This document shows, in pieces, positions 1-11,195 of a stretch of DNA of 64,000 nt. The stretch covers positions 1-64,000 of the forward strand of contig UYFQ01000509.1 in NCBI GenBank assembly GCA_900617105.1, in the 5' to 3' direction. A program made the translations under genes and the position numbers. Within the stretch, counting starts at the first letter, position 1; the number at the start of each line of letters is the position of its first letter. Origin of the DNA: Hydrurus foetidus. Its lineage: Eukaryota. The notes below the pieces were generated by a model. That model did no database searches, was not told the DNA's origin, and saw nothing but the letters and a program-made list of their open reading frames with translations.

Positions 1-995
1 TTCCAAGTCCTCAGTCACGGATTAATGAATTTATAGATGTTGCCCTCTTGAGATTATCTATCGATTCAACAGATTGTTTTGTCTGCTACCGTAAGGTACA
101 ATACTGAACTGCACGAAATTGGTAGGACTTAGACTGACAACAGCATTGAAAGTGAGGGATAAAAAAGGAGCACATCTTATCACGTACTTTACGTACACTC
201 CATTCACTTTAATCGACAGTGCAGCTGTCAGTGAAGAGCACATCAACACACACAATCTCTTACGACTTTCGGTAGGATTCACTATGAGGACCGGGGGCGG
301 ATCGTGGGTGCAAAGTATTCAAAATTCAACAATCCAAAAAGTTCTGACACTCCAATATTCAACAGTCTCCTTTTAAAGTGTTGAAGTAATTGCTGAAAAG
401 TAGAAAATTGGGGGGGCCGGTTCGTCTTTTTAGTAGAGCATTACAGGGGGAGCAGAATTAACAAAATACACTTGTCAAGTCGGAGAGGGAGAGATTTATT
501 GATTTCGTGTTTGGTGTCGGTTTTAGCAGCAGAAATAATGTACTTGGTAGCCACCTTTAGTAATCAGTAATCAGAAAGTCGCTTGTAACATATAAATACA
601 GGCAGAAAAAGCACAGAGCAAGAAAGGCCGAATGGAATGTTGTACGGAGTAAGATTAAGAATGACGTATGTGTTCTCTACGACTCGAAAATGAGAAGTAG
701 GGGTGGGTGGGAGCACGTAATAATCAGTTAGGAATTACAATTAGAATTGCGTTGTTAGGCTTAAGATAGGAAGAGAAGGAGAGGAAGAGAAGGAGAGGAA
801 GAGAGAGTCACATTCCGTGAAAAGGAAGTGTCATGTCGCGAAGAGGAGAGGACTGGAGTGAGGTGCTGAGACGGAGATGGACGTGAGTCCTTCCTCTTGG
901 TTGATAGGAGGGCAGCCACGGAAATTCCCTCTCCCTCTCCCTCTCACCCCTGACAGAGCAGCATGTGGAATATCCTACAGCTCGGAGTTCATGCG

Positions 996-2911
996 TTAAG
1001 CGTCCATGTTGATCACCACTCTGCCGTTGATGCTCCCTGCCCTCAGCCTCTCGAATACGCTGTTGATGTCTTGCAGAGGAGCAAGCTCAACGGAACACTT
1101 CACTAGACCTGAATTTACGTACGTGCGTGAGTCATGAGAATGTGCGTACGTGTGTTGTGACATCACTGAGATGCATGAGGACCACTATGCAACAAGGAAC
1201 ATGTCTCGTTATCTCAAATATCAAACATAAAAATTCTTGATCCACACACGTAATCTATCACAACTTTTGAAGCACATATCGATGACTAGAATGTTCTGGA
1301 AATAAGAATGTTCCGCACCTCTGGATGCGAATCCTATCGCTTCTTCCATGTCTTTCCTAGTGCCCACAATTGAGCCCCGGATAGTGATGCGTTTCAGAAC
1401 GATGTCGAATAGAGGGCATGGAAAGTCACCTAAAAGAAAGTACATGAAAAATAGATAGGAAAAATAATTATCGACTTTGTTTTGACTTGACTTTCAATGA
1501 CGCACTGAGAAGCACAGTACATGGGAGCGAGAATCCAGCTCCCATATCCTGCTTTCTCACTTGACTCCTTATCCTAACCTAACCTAATCTATATGTAGCC
1601 TAAGCCTAATATGACCTTTATGTAGATCTAGAGTGTAAAAGGCCGGGGAAATGGGCTCGGGGCTGGATAAACTTTCTGCAGAGTATGGTACATTACGCGC
1701 GGTTGAACGTACCAGCAGGCAGTCCCACTGCCACGACAGTTCCCTTGCGTCTGCTAATGTCCACAGCCATCTTGAACGCCTTAGGAGAAGTGGCGAAGCA
1801 TGCGACCGCATGAGACCCTCCCTTGGTGTACTTGATGATCTAAAGAACAGTGAGATCACGTGTGTTGAGTTGTCAGAATGTTCTTCCACCCAAATTTCTT
1901 TCCTTACAACGGAAGTTTCCTAAGCCTCTATAGAGAGAAGTAAAGAACGACAATTTGAAATACCTTCGATTTCGCGTCATCCTTGGAGGCGTCTACGGTG
2001 AATTCAGCACCCAGAGTCTCACAGTACTTCAACTTGTCCTCTCCTACATCCATAGCAATCACTCGCAGTCCCATCGCTGTAGCATATTGAATCGCTAAGT
2101 GACCAAGCCCACCAGCGGCACCGACAATCGTGACAAATTCTCCAGGCTGAGCTTCTGTTTCTTTGAGTGCTTTGTATGATGTCACGCCAGCACACAGAAT
2201 GGCTGGAAGACAGTGAGCGCATGAAGTAGTTTTAGATTCAAGGATGGCGATAATTTCATTAGGAATTCCAAGCATAAATCCGATCGTCAGAGAATGAATA
2301 TTGTGTATCTTACGTGCTGCTTGTTCAAAACTGAGAGAGTCGGGCAGTGGAATAGCGTGGGAAGCCGTCGCGATGGCGTACTCAGCCAAGGTACCTATCC
2401 CAGAGGTCACATGACAGCATTAGTGCAATGTTGAAATTGGTTGGATAATTCTGACCTGATGACATTTACCATCCACGGAGTATCCAGTGTTCTGTTGCTT
2501 CGTGCAGAGTGTCTCCCATCCAGCGACACAGAACTCACAGCAACCGCATGCAGAATGCAACCACGCGACACCAACTCGCTCCCCAACTTTCGGGCTCAGA
2601 ACGTTTTCTCCTACTGCAACGACTTCACCAGCGCCCTCATGGCCAGGACACAGAGGCAATTTACTCTTAACGGGCCAGTCGCCGTCGATGGCATGAACGT
2701 CTGTGTGGCAGCAACCTGACTTCCGAATGCGTACAAGTATTTCGCCTGACTTTGGGACAGGCACAGAGACCTCTTTGATAACAAACTTCTCACCATGATT
2801 GGTGACAATGGCGGCTTTCATTTTCAACGCGACAGTTGACATGACACGAGTGACTTGACCAGTAGCAGCTACTTTGCTGAGCGCAGCTACGGCCATAATA
2901 CTGCTTTTCAT
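996..2911 (-). CDS. adh: Zn-dependent medium-chain alcohol dehydrogenase (AdhP-like), about 6 exons, possible N-terminal organelle-targeting peptide
   Basis: GHEGAGEV catalytic-Zn motif, CGCCEFC structural-Zn motif, GAAGGLG Rossmann motif and GSIVGTR in ORFs 2420-2911, 1928-2410 and 1221-1445. GT-AG introns join the frames (e.g. 2469-2395). The last exon ends [14 protein letters not shown] at 996. Confidence 0.93.
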
Positions 2912-3287
2912 CTCGAAACAATATCAAATTATCTGAAGAGCTGTAAAATGAATCAATCGAATCTGTTAATCGTCATCCCGCTGCGTAAAGACTGCTCTGT
3001 CATCGATTGTAATTACAAACGAAATATTTCCAGAGAGTATACGTTGTAAGCTGTATTTCAAATTGAAGTGCTAAGCAGCTGTCACAGATTCTTCGAAACA
3101 ACTCCTTCGCACTCCATGAAAATGTTACCCCCCAAAGTGTTGGAAGTTGGAAGAATGGACAGAAAATTGTCGAGTATTGGGGACAGCGATACAACCAAGG
3201 GGGTATTAAAGGATATACGGACTTACTAGCTGACACCTCGAGCTGTCAGCCTGCTTCTCTCTGAACAACTCTCGAACTTCTTCCGAC

Positions 3288-3624
3288 TGTTGGAGACATC
3301 TGAGTTTATGGCACGAACACAATCAGTGTACTTATGCATTCGTACGGTCGTACGGATTATCATGTGTGTGTGTGTGTGTGCGTACATGCGTGAAGACGAT
3401 GAATGGATCCGTGCATCGTCACTGAATACTTCAACTGTAGTGTATGAGTGAATGTTGTTGTTGCGTTGAAAGGGACTCGGGGACTTCAGCAGGGATGAAG
3501 CACAGTCAATTAACAAGTGATTACTGATTAAACCAAGCTTATTTCACGAGCCCTGACCGAGAGATCTTCAACAGCTGTACCGCGAGAGGCAGTACGTGAC
3601 TGCGAAACCGAAGATCCGTCAACA
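3288..3624 (+). repeat. Copia 5' LTR (337 bp)
   Basis: Direct repeat of 15399-15737, differing by 5 substitutions and one TG unit in an internal (TG)n tract. Confidence 0.97.
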
Positions 3625-3649
3625 TAATTGACTGGCATAGGCATTCCCA

Positions 3650-4347
3650 ATGCCCCCTAAACGCGCTGTAGAAGCTCTCAAGAGTACAGAAGAGTGTACG
3701 CTTCAATACGGCAAACACAGCAACATAATCAAGTGGAGAGAACACATGCAGACGATAGTCACCGAACTATACGGAATCGTGGGGATGTTCTTCACCACTA
3801 ACGAGAGATACGAACTTCCGAAAGCATCTCACAGGGATTACCCTTCAGATTCGTCATCGGAAAGTTCGGAATACGATACCGAAGAAGAGGAATCGGACGC
3901 CACAGATACCGCAGTTCCTGCGATCACTGCAGCTGAAGCCGCGGCTAAAGCAGCGAGGGCCGCGGTGCGATTGGCAAGCAAAGAGAGGAAACGCAAGGCG
4001 TCAGAGAAATCGCGTGCGAAATTCAAAGAGGATGCGTTCATCCAGAGGAAGCGAGACCTCAAGACCCAACGCGAGAACGAACGTACGGTCTTCCCCATGA
4101 TGTGGAAGCGTATGTCGCTTGTGTCACAGAGTAAGGTTAGGGAGGAAGAGGAGTACAAGACAGCATATCTCACATTGGACTGCGTTCTTCTGTGGACACT
4201 CATTCAAGGACCCACCTGACTCATATGTTTGGTGCAGACGAGGCACTACAAGAATACAATCAGCACGAACAAGAGAATAAGTATTCGTCCATGAGACAAG
4301 GTGAGAGAGAACACCTAGTCACATTCAAGAACCGATTTGATGAACAG
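3650..4347 (+). CDS. gag: Copia gag N-terminal part (frameshift near 4205; cut by the Gypsy insertion)
   Basis: ORF 3650-4219 continues in another frame as THLTHMFG...KNRFDEQ. After removing the Gypsy element and one TSD copy it joins VEANM... at 11196 in frame. Confidence 0.85.
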
Positions 4348-4554
4348 TGATAGTACCGGGTCCAGGGTCCCGATCCTATCGGGTACCGACTCTACCGGAT
4401 CCTACCGGGTACTACTACTGTACACTACAGTTAGGCTGTCGTATCGTCGTAGCCATCTACAGCGTCCACTTAGAAGTTAAACTAGCTTCTAGCATAGATA
4501 CCTGTAACTAAGCCTACCTCCTCTTTCCACCCTTTCTCCATTTGCCCGACCACA
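4348..4554 (+). repeat. Gypsy 5' LTR
   Basis: TGATAG...CCACA, identical to 10985-11191. Confidence 0.95.
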
Positions 4555-5127
4555 ATAGTACTATTATCCTCGGGAAATTTTCTGCTGCCTCTAATTCCCC
4601 TCTACTCGTCCCAACTTTAGTTAAGACTTCCACCACCTGGGTATTATTACCCACGACATCTGCGGAGTCGAATTCTTGCTGAGCTACGCTCCAAGAACTT
4701 AGTTTAAGTTAGCGAAAGTTGGGCTTAGCCTCTTTCCTCTTGGAACCCATTATTGGTGTCTCCAAAGTTCGTAGTTGGTTGAATTCGCGAAAGCCCTCAC
4801 CACTCGACATTCTCAAACTCGTCGGGTAGCAATTTGAACATTGGATTCATTGCTAACGACACCAAATTAGTCTAACGACTTCTTTTGGCTGGTGGGAATT
4901 ACTTCCTTCATCCATTACGGACACCAAAAATCTTCACCACTCAAAAATTGGCTTTCACGCCTAAGAGATTTTCTCGACAAGAGTTGGTTGAAATCGTCTT
5001 ATTCGCTGTTACTTGCGTAAAGTACCCTCAAAGCTAACAAGGCGAAGCTCTGGCAAAAAAATTTGACGCCGAGATCCCTTCGTTGCTTAGACTTTGACGG
5101 AATTATAACGTCTCGAAGTCATAGACC

Positions 5128-8100
5128 ATGGCCGATGACGAAGAAGCATCTTACCCTCGCTACGACGATGAGGGTAACCTCCTCGAACATCCTCCAGCTG
5201 ATGAAACTGAGGAAGAGGAAACACTAGAAGAGGACGGGGGTATGTTAAATGCCACCCAAACCTCACAGTCTTCAGTGGCTCAGACTATACTGTTCCCACA
5301 GACTATGCAGATGCAGCGAGAGATATTCGTCTTAAAAGGCGATTACATCACTCCGCAAGACGCTGAGAGCTTCTTCGAGCAGGCTCAACGGCTGCCTCGT
5401 CTACGCATTAATGAATGCATGCAACGTCAAGCGATTGACTTGCTACATGTCAAGATTATGACAGACGCTGCTCCATCGTCTCTAACAATGGAACAGAAGC
5501 TCGAATGGCAGAATATACTTGACATTGATTTTGTTGCGAAACTAATCATGCAGTATTTTGGCTCGAATAAACAACGAGACCATGCAGATCATACCCTCGC
5601 GGAACTTTTCGCTAAGGTACCATTCCATTACTCACTCAATTCCGATGAGGAAGAGTTGAGTACGTACATGGCGTACAAGGAATTGGTAACCAATTACGAG
5701 CGCACTCGCCGTATCACTCCAAACCAACAGCACGAGTTGATAACAATTTTGGAGAAACGACTTGCTCGTGGCAGTCGTATCCAATCGGACTACTTTGAGT
5801 CTAAGAGGCTTGACACACAGTCACCTTCTACATGGGAGGCCGCCATGATGCGCCTCATCTCCGTCGTCTCCGCGGCGCGAGAAGCCATTCGAATGAGCAG
5901 GAGCTACGGCAATCCTGATCTCATCTACTCGTTCCCGAGTACCGCAGTACCCCCTCTACGTTCATCACAGAAGAGGGAGAGTACACTCGCGATTCGCGAT
6001 GTGGATCCACCAAGCGGCAACAGCTCTCTAGCGGTTCGTACCTCATTGGAGGTTCCCCAGTGGCTCCTCGAGTCTGCCGCTCGTGTGGCAGTCCTGCTCA
6101 CATGCTTCCCGCATGCCCGGTGTTATATTACACTGATACCAACAATGATCACTCCATTCAATGGGCTGAATCAGCTGTGGGGCAGGCATGGTTAGCCAAC
6201 GGTGAACCCATGTGGCAGGAACGGTTAATCCTTCCTGGCTACGAAAACCGTCAGCGGCACCACCCCGCAGGTTCCCCTCCCTTCTTGATGTTCACTAACA
6301 AGAAGTCAAAGAATAACCATGGGTCGGGTAACCAAAACAACCCCAACCAGGGTAACCAAGGTAATAACCGCGGTAACCAAGGTAACAACCAAGGTAACAA
6401 CCAAGGTAACAACCAGGGTAACAACCAGGGTAACCAAAACAACCAGGGTAATTCCGGTTACCAAGGTAATAACCGCGGTTACCAGGGTAATAACCCGGGT
6501 AACCAAAACGCTGGTAGAGGATACCAAGGGAAAAATCCCCGTGGGGGTAAATACAACCCACCCCAGGGGGGACCCAACTCGTCTTCCGATTCAGCGGGAC
6601 AAAATCAAGGTATAAATGATTATGATGTTGGTTCATCTGACATTTTAAACCTACCGGATGTTGTGTCGTTCATTTCACATGTCGATACACTTCCAACGCT
6701 TATTCAAGATGAATATTTGCATGACCCGTCTACCCTTCCTTCTAATTACTTAAACGTTACTGTTTCGGTACAGGATAAGGATACGGACATCCAGACTAGC
6801 GTACGACGCATTGTGGGCAAGGCCGTGTTGGACACCGCCAATTATTCTGAGGATTTTATTTCTTTCATTATGATTCAAAAATTAAATGCTATGCATCTCT
6901 GTTATGAGGCTCCTAAAGCCATAACTGTTTGCTCTGGTCTTGATGGCCATTGCTATGTAAATAACGAACTCATTAATTTAACTCTCCAGTTTCATTCTTA
7001 TGATGGCGAATGTAACAAAATCCTTTTAACCTTGCGAGTTAATCGGAATACAGATATTGAACTTTTGTTAAGTCGCAACACTGTAAATAAATATGATTTT
7101 ATGTCATTAACACCTTTTGCTTTTGGTATCTCTCCTGAGCTCAGTGCGGAGAACAAAAAAAAGGGATATTCGTTGGCGCGAATTTCAAGAAAGGGAAGCA
7201 ATAACAAAGCTTGACCCACTACACTGGAGCAAATACACCAGGCGTATGATATCGGAGGGATTCCAACCCGAAGAACCAGAGGTAGAGTCGATTACCCCAA
7301 CATATGATTTGTTGAAGGGAATCACTCAGACGAAACTCGCTCTTAAAAGAGAACCATACGGCCTTTGCCCAAAGCCAAAACCAACGAAGGCCATTTTGCA
7401 CGCACCTCTAACCAAGGAAGTCGTGGGGTCAGGTTGTCATGCAACGTTCACGTGTAGCGTTACCCAGGTTGGTTCCGAGGGAGTCATGACCCAAAGTCCA
7501 TGTGGTGATGTGGGTTGTCAGCGACTGGACAGTGTCTCGACTGTACTCGCGAAACGTACGGGTGATACCCCGCACCTAGGTGGTGACTCGATTCCCACCC
7601 TCACACATACCTCTGGGGACTCTGTTACATCAGACTATGACGTGGAAGCCGTATGGCCAAGCGGTGTCGCACTCTCCGTTGACGAGATTGACAATGACAA
7701 GACTGACACTTTCGCACCTTTCTTGCGTGACAAGACGTGCCGAAATGTACCGCCCAATGGGCCGGATGATTTTTTGTCACAAATTCATTTTGAGGGAGAT
7801 GAAAGCCTTCAGAAGGATTTGCGTACTCTCTGTTCAGAATTCGCTGATATTTTCAGTGATAAGCTAGCCCCGCAAGCTGCACATCTCAAACCTTTTGAGA
7901 TCAATTTGCCTAGGCAAAAATGGGAGGTTCCATCGAACCGCACACCAGTGCGCCCACAATCCTCTAAAAAGGAACATTACCTCCGCACTTCAATTGAAGA
8001 AATGCTGGAGGATGGTGTGATCGAGAGGTCGAACGCTGCATACTACAGTCATCCTGTAATGGTAAATAAGACAGCCGATACGTATCGAACCTGCATCGAC

Positions 8101-10607
8101 TATCGTGCACTCAATGAATGCATTGAGCCGGCCTCCTTTCCCCTACCCAATATCAAACACCTCTTCGAGAGGATCGGTAATAAAAAACCGGATATTTACG
8201 GAGTGATGGATTTAACCGCGGGTTACCACCAAGCACCTCTGTACACACCCCACCGAATCTATACCGCATTTATATGTTTCATGGGGTGTTTCAATTCACA
8301 AGATTGCCTTTTGGCCCTTGTCGAGCCCCCTCTTACTTTCAGGAGCAGATGGTGACAATGGTCCTTTACGGTCTTATATACCGCTGTTGCGAGATGTATC
8401 TCGATGACTGCATCGTATATGGACGGGGCGAAGCAGAGTTTCTCCAGAATCTGCGCAGTGTTTTTGAAAGATTTCGCCTTAAAAATCTTAAGCTCAAAGC
8501 AAAGAAATGCAGATTCGGTCTCAAACGTATTGAATACGTGGGACGAGTCATAGACAAAGATGGATTATCCATGTCTAAAGAAAAGATTGAGACAGTACTC
8601 AACTTCCCGCTTCCTAAAGAAGTAACATCCCTTCGTGGATTTCTTGGCTTAGCCAACTACTTTCGTCAATTTGTACCGTTTCATTCGGACATGGTCAAAC
8701 CACTTCAAATGATGGTGGACCCAAAGCACTTAAACGTTCCCCAATATATTGGACCCCCGAGGGGATTTTAGCATTTAATGAGACTAAAATCGCGGTATCG
8801 CGTTGTCCTTTGATGTACTTCATCAATGATGATTCACCCATCAGATTATATACTGATGCATCCGATTATGGCATCGGTGGTGTACTCTTCCAAATTGTCA
8901 ACACCGAATGGAGACCAATTGCTTTTATAAGCAAATCTCTATCGGCAACACAAATTAATTGGTCGACAATACAGAAAGAAGCTTACGCTATCTTTTTCTG
9001 TTGCCAACAACTCGATTATCTCATTCGAGACCGTAAGTTTACCATACATACGGATCATATGAATTTGACATATATGAAACAAAACCCCACTTCAATGGTG
9101 ACACGGTGGTTCATTGCAATGCAAGAACTTGATTTTACCGTACACTTTGTCAAAGGGTCAGATAATGAACTTGCCGATGCTCTGTCACGGTTATGTCCAA
9201 ATCTTACCGAAATTGCTCTGCCTAAGACAATCAGGTCCGAGAGTGATACTCCAGTATCATCTTCTTCATCATCATCTTCTGCAGTTTCGGCTTTAACGGT
9301 TATTGCACCGCCGACAGATGAACAGAATGTTTACATTCAAATGTGCCACAATGCAATTGTTGGTCACAACGGCATCGACCGTACCCTCACTCGACTCTTT
9401 AGTCTTAACCACGTGTGGAAAAATATGAAACAGCACGTACGCTCGTTCATACGAAACTGCCCATGCTGTCAGAAATTGAGCGCAGTTGATGCAAATATCA
9501 GCGCTGCTCATTTTTCAACTTCAACACATGCTATTTTCGATACATTAAATATCGATTATATTGGCCCATTCCCTGATAAAGGGTATATTCTTGTCATAAT
9601 TGACACCTTCTCCAGATGGACAGAAATGTTCTGGTGTAAGGATGCTACAGCTCAGTCTGCATGTGAATGCTTACTGACTCATTTTGGTCGATTTGGATCG
9701 CCAAATATGATTAGATCCGATCGAGGATCCCACTTCGCTAATGATCTCATTAAAGAGTTCTTAGACCTTACGGGGACACCCCATAATCTCACTTTGGCTT
9801 ATTCCTCACAAGAGAATGCCATTGTAGAAAGGGTCAACAAAGAAGTGAATAGACACTTACGAGGTCTCGTGTTTGATACACCATCTCTTGAACACTATGC
9901 TAAATGCATACCATTTGTTCAACGTATCATTAACAGTTCAGTTAATCGACGAACAAATCAAGTCCTGCTTCGATTTTATTCGGCAATAAACTTGATTTGA
10001 ATCGGGGTATTTTGACACCTCATCTATTACCAACGTTGACATCTTCGAATTCAACATACATCACAGATCTCATCGATATACAGGACAAGGTCCTCGATGC
10101 AGCAATCGGTTCTCTTCAGAAATGTGATGACAAACACAAAAAGTCCACACAAGGTGTGACAGTGTTTCCCATAGGGTCATATGTTCTTGTAAAACAGGAA
10201 CATCCTCCAACTCGATTACACACAAAGTGGAAAGGTCCTTTCCGTGTTGTCTCCCTTGAGGGATCCGAGTATGTTCTCGCGAACTTAATTACACACAAAC
10301 ACAATAGTGTACATGTGAAGAATCTTAAGATTTTCAATTATGACCCATCGCTGGGCATACCTGCTGATACAGCACGTCGCGATTACATGGAGTATTTCGT
10401 TGAGAAAGTTCTTAGTCACACTGGTGATTCAAAGAAACCGACATCCATGTCGTTCCATGTTAAATGGCTCAACTATGATACTCACATAATACATGGGAGC
10501 CTTGGAAGAATCTCCGGCTCTGTGAAGCACTCCATGTATACTTGCGGAATAATAACATGTCACGTTTTATTCCCAAGAATCTTGAGGGATCAACCGATGA
10601 GGTTTGA
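5128..10607 (+). CDS. gag-pol: Gypsy gag-pol polyprotein, broken by about 6 single-base frameshifts
   Basis: CCHC knuckle CRSCGSPAHMLPAC, protease VLDTA, RT (DYRALN, LPFG, YLDD), RNase H (LYTDASDYGIG), integrase (HxxxxGH...CPCC, SDRGSHF, VERVN, WKGPF) and chromodomain (YFVEKVL...FHVKWLNY...TWEPWKNL). Confidence 0.93.
6319..6530 (+). repeat. 12-bp coding minisatellite (AACCAAGGTAAC-like) encoding QGNN repeats in Gypsy Gag
   Basis: Tandem AACCA(A/G)GGTAAC units, translated as NQGNNQGNNQGNN in ORF 6060-7214. Confidence 0.9.
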
Positions 10608-10982
10608 GTTCGAACGTATTATCTTTTGAAGATTTTTTAGCCTAATTTTTGCCCTTTCTAAGGGATTTTTATGGTTTTTTAGTCAGTAAAAATCTGACAT
10701 AATTACGTTTTCGACCCTCGTACAACAGTACTCTACTGTTTTGTACAACCCCACCTTATCTTTCTACATCGAACCCCAACTTTCTCCAAGTTTTCTTTTG
10801 TAAATATTTTTCTATGTTCACTTTTATTATTATTTTTTCAAATTTTCGATTTTGTAAATTTTGGATATATTTTCTTTTTCGATTAAGTTATAAAAATAAG
10901 TTTGCAAAGAAACGGGGGTTTCGATTTAGTTTAGATTTAGCTTAGATTTTTTTTCGAAAGAAAGAAAGATAAGTAGGGGTAA

Positions 10983-11191
10983 TGTGATAGTACCGGGTCC
11001 AGGGTCCCGATCCTATCGGGTACCGACTCTACCGGATCCTACCGGGTACTACTACTGTACACTACAGTTAGGCTGTCGTATCGTCGTAGCCATCTACAGC
11101 GTCCACTTAGAAGTTAAACTAGCTTCTAGCATAGATACCTGTAACTAAGCCTACCTCCTCTTTCCACCCTTTCTCCATTTGCCCGACCACA
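10983..11191 (+). repeat. Gypsy 3' LTR (TGTG...CACA)
   Basis: Follows the purine tract ...AAGTAGGGGTAA; identical to the 5' LTR over 207 bp. Confidence 0.95.
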
Positions 11192-11195
11192 ACAG

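Larger units (their letters stand above)
4348..11191 (+). mobile_element. Ty3/Gypsy chromovirus-type LTR retrotransposon nested in the Copia gag
   Basis: Identical 207-bp direct repeats at 4348-4554 and 10985-11191, TSD ACAG (4344-4347 and 11192-11195), purine tract at about 10957-10982, domain order gag-PR-RT-RNaseH-IN-chromodomain. Confidence 0.97.

Noticed and set aside
1572..1610. CCTAA repeats resembling telomeric sequence
   Set aside because: Only a few degenerate units inside an ADH intron.
7150..7170. Possible programmed ribosomal frameshift at AAAAAAAAG
   Set aside because: The shift needed is +1 rather than -1, it lies after the protease, and similar homopolymer breaks occur throughout the element, so an error is more likely.
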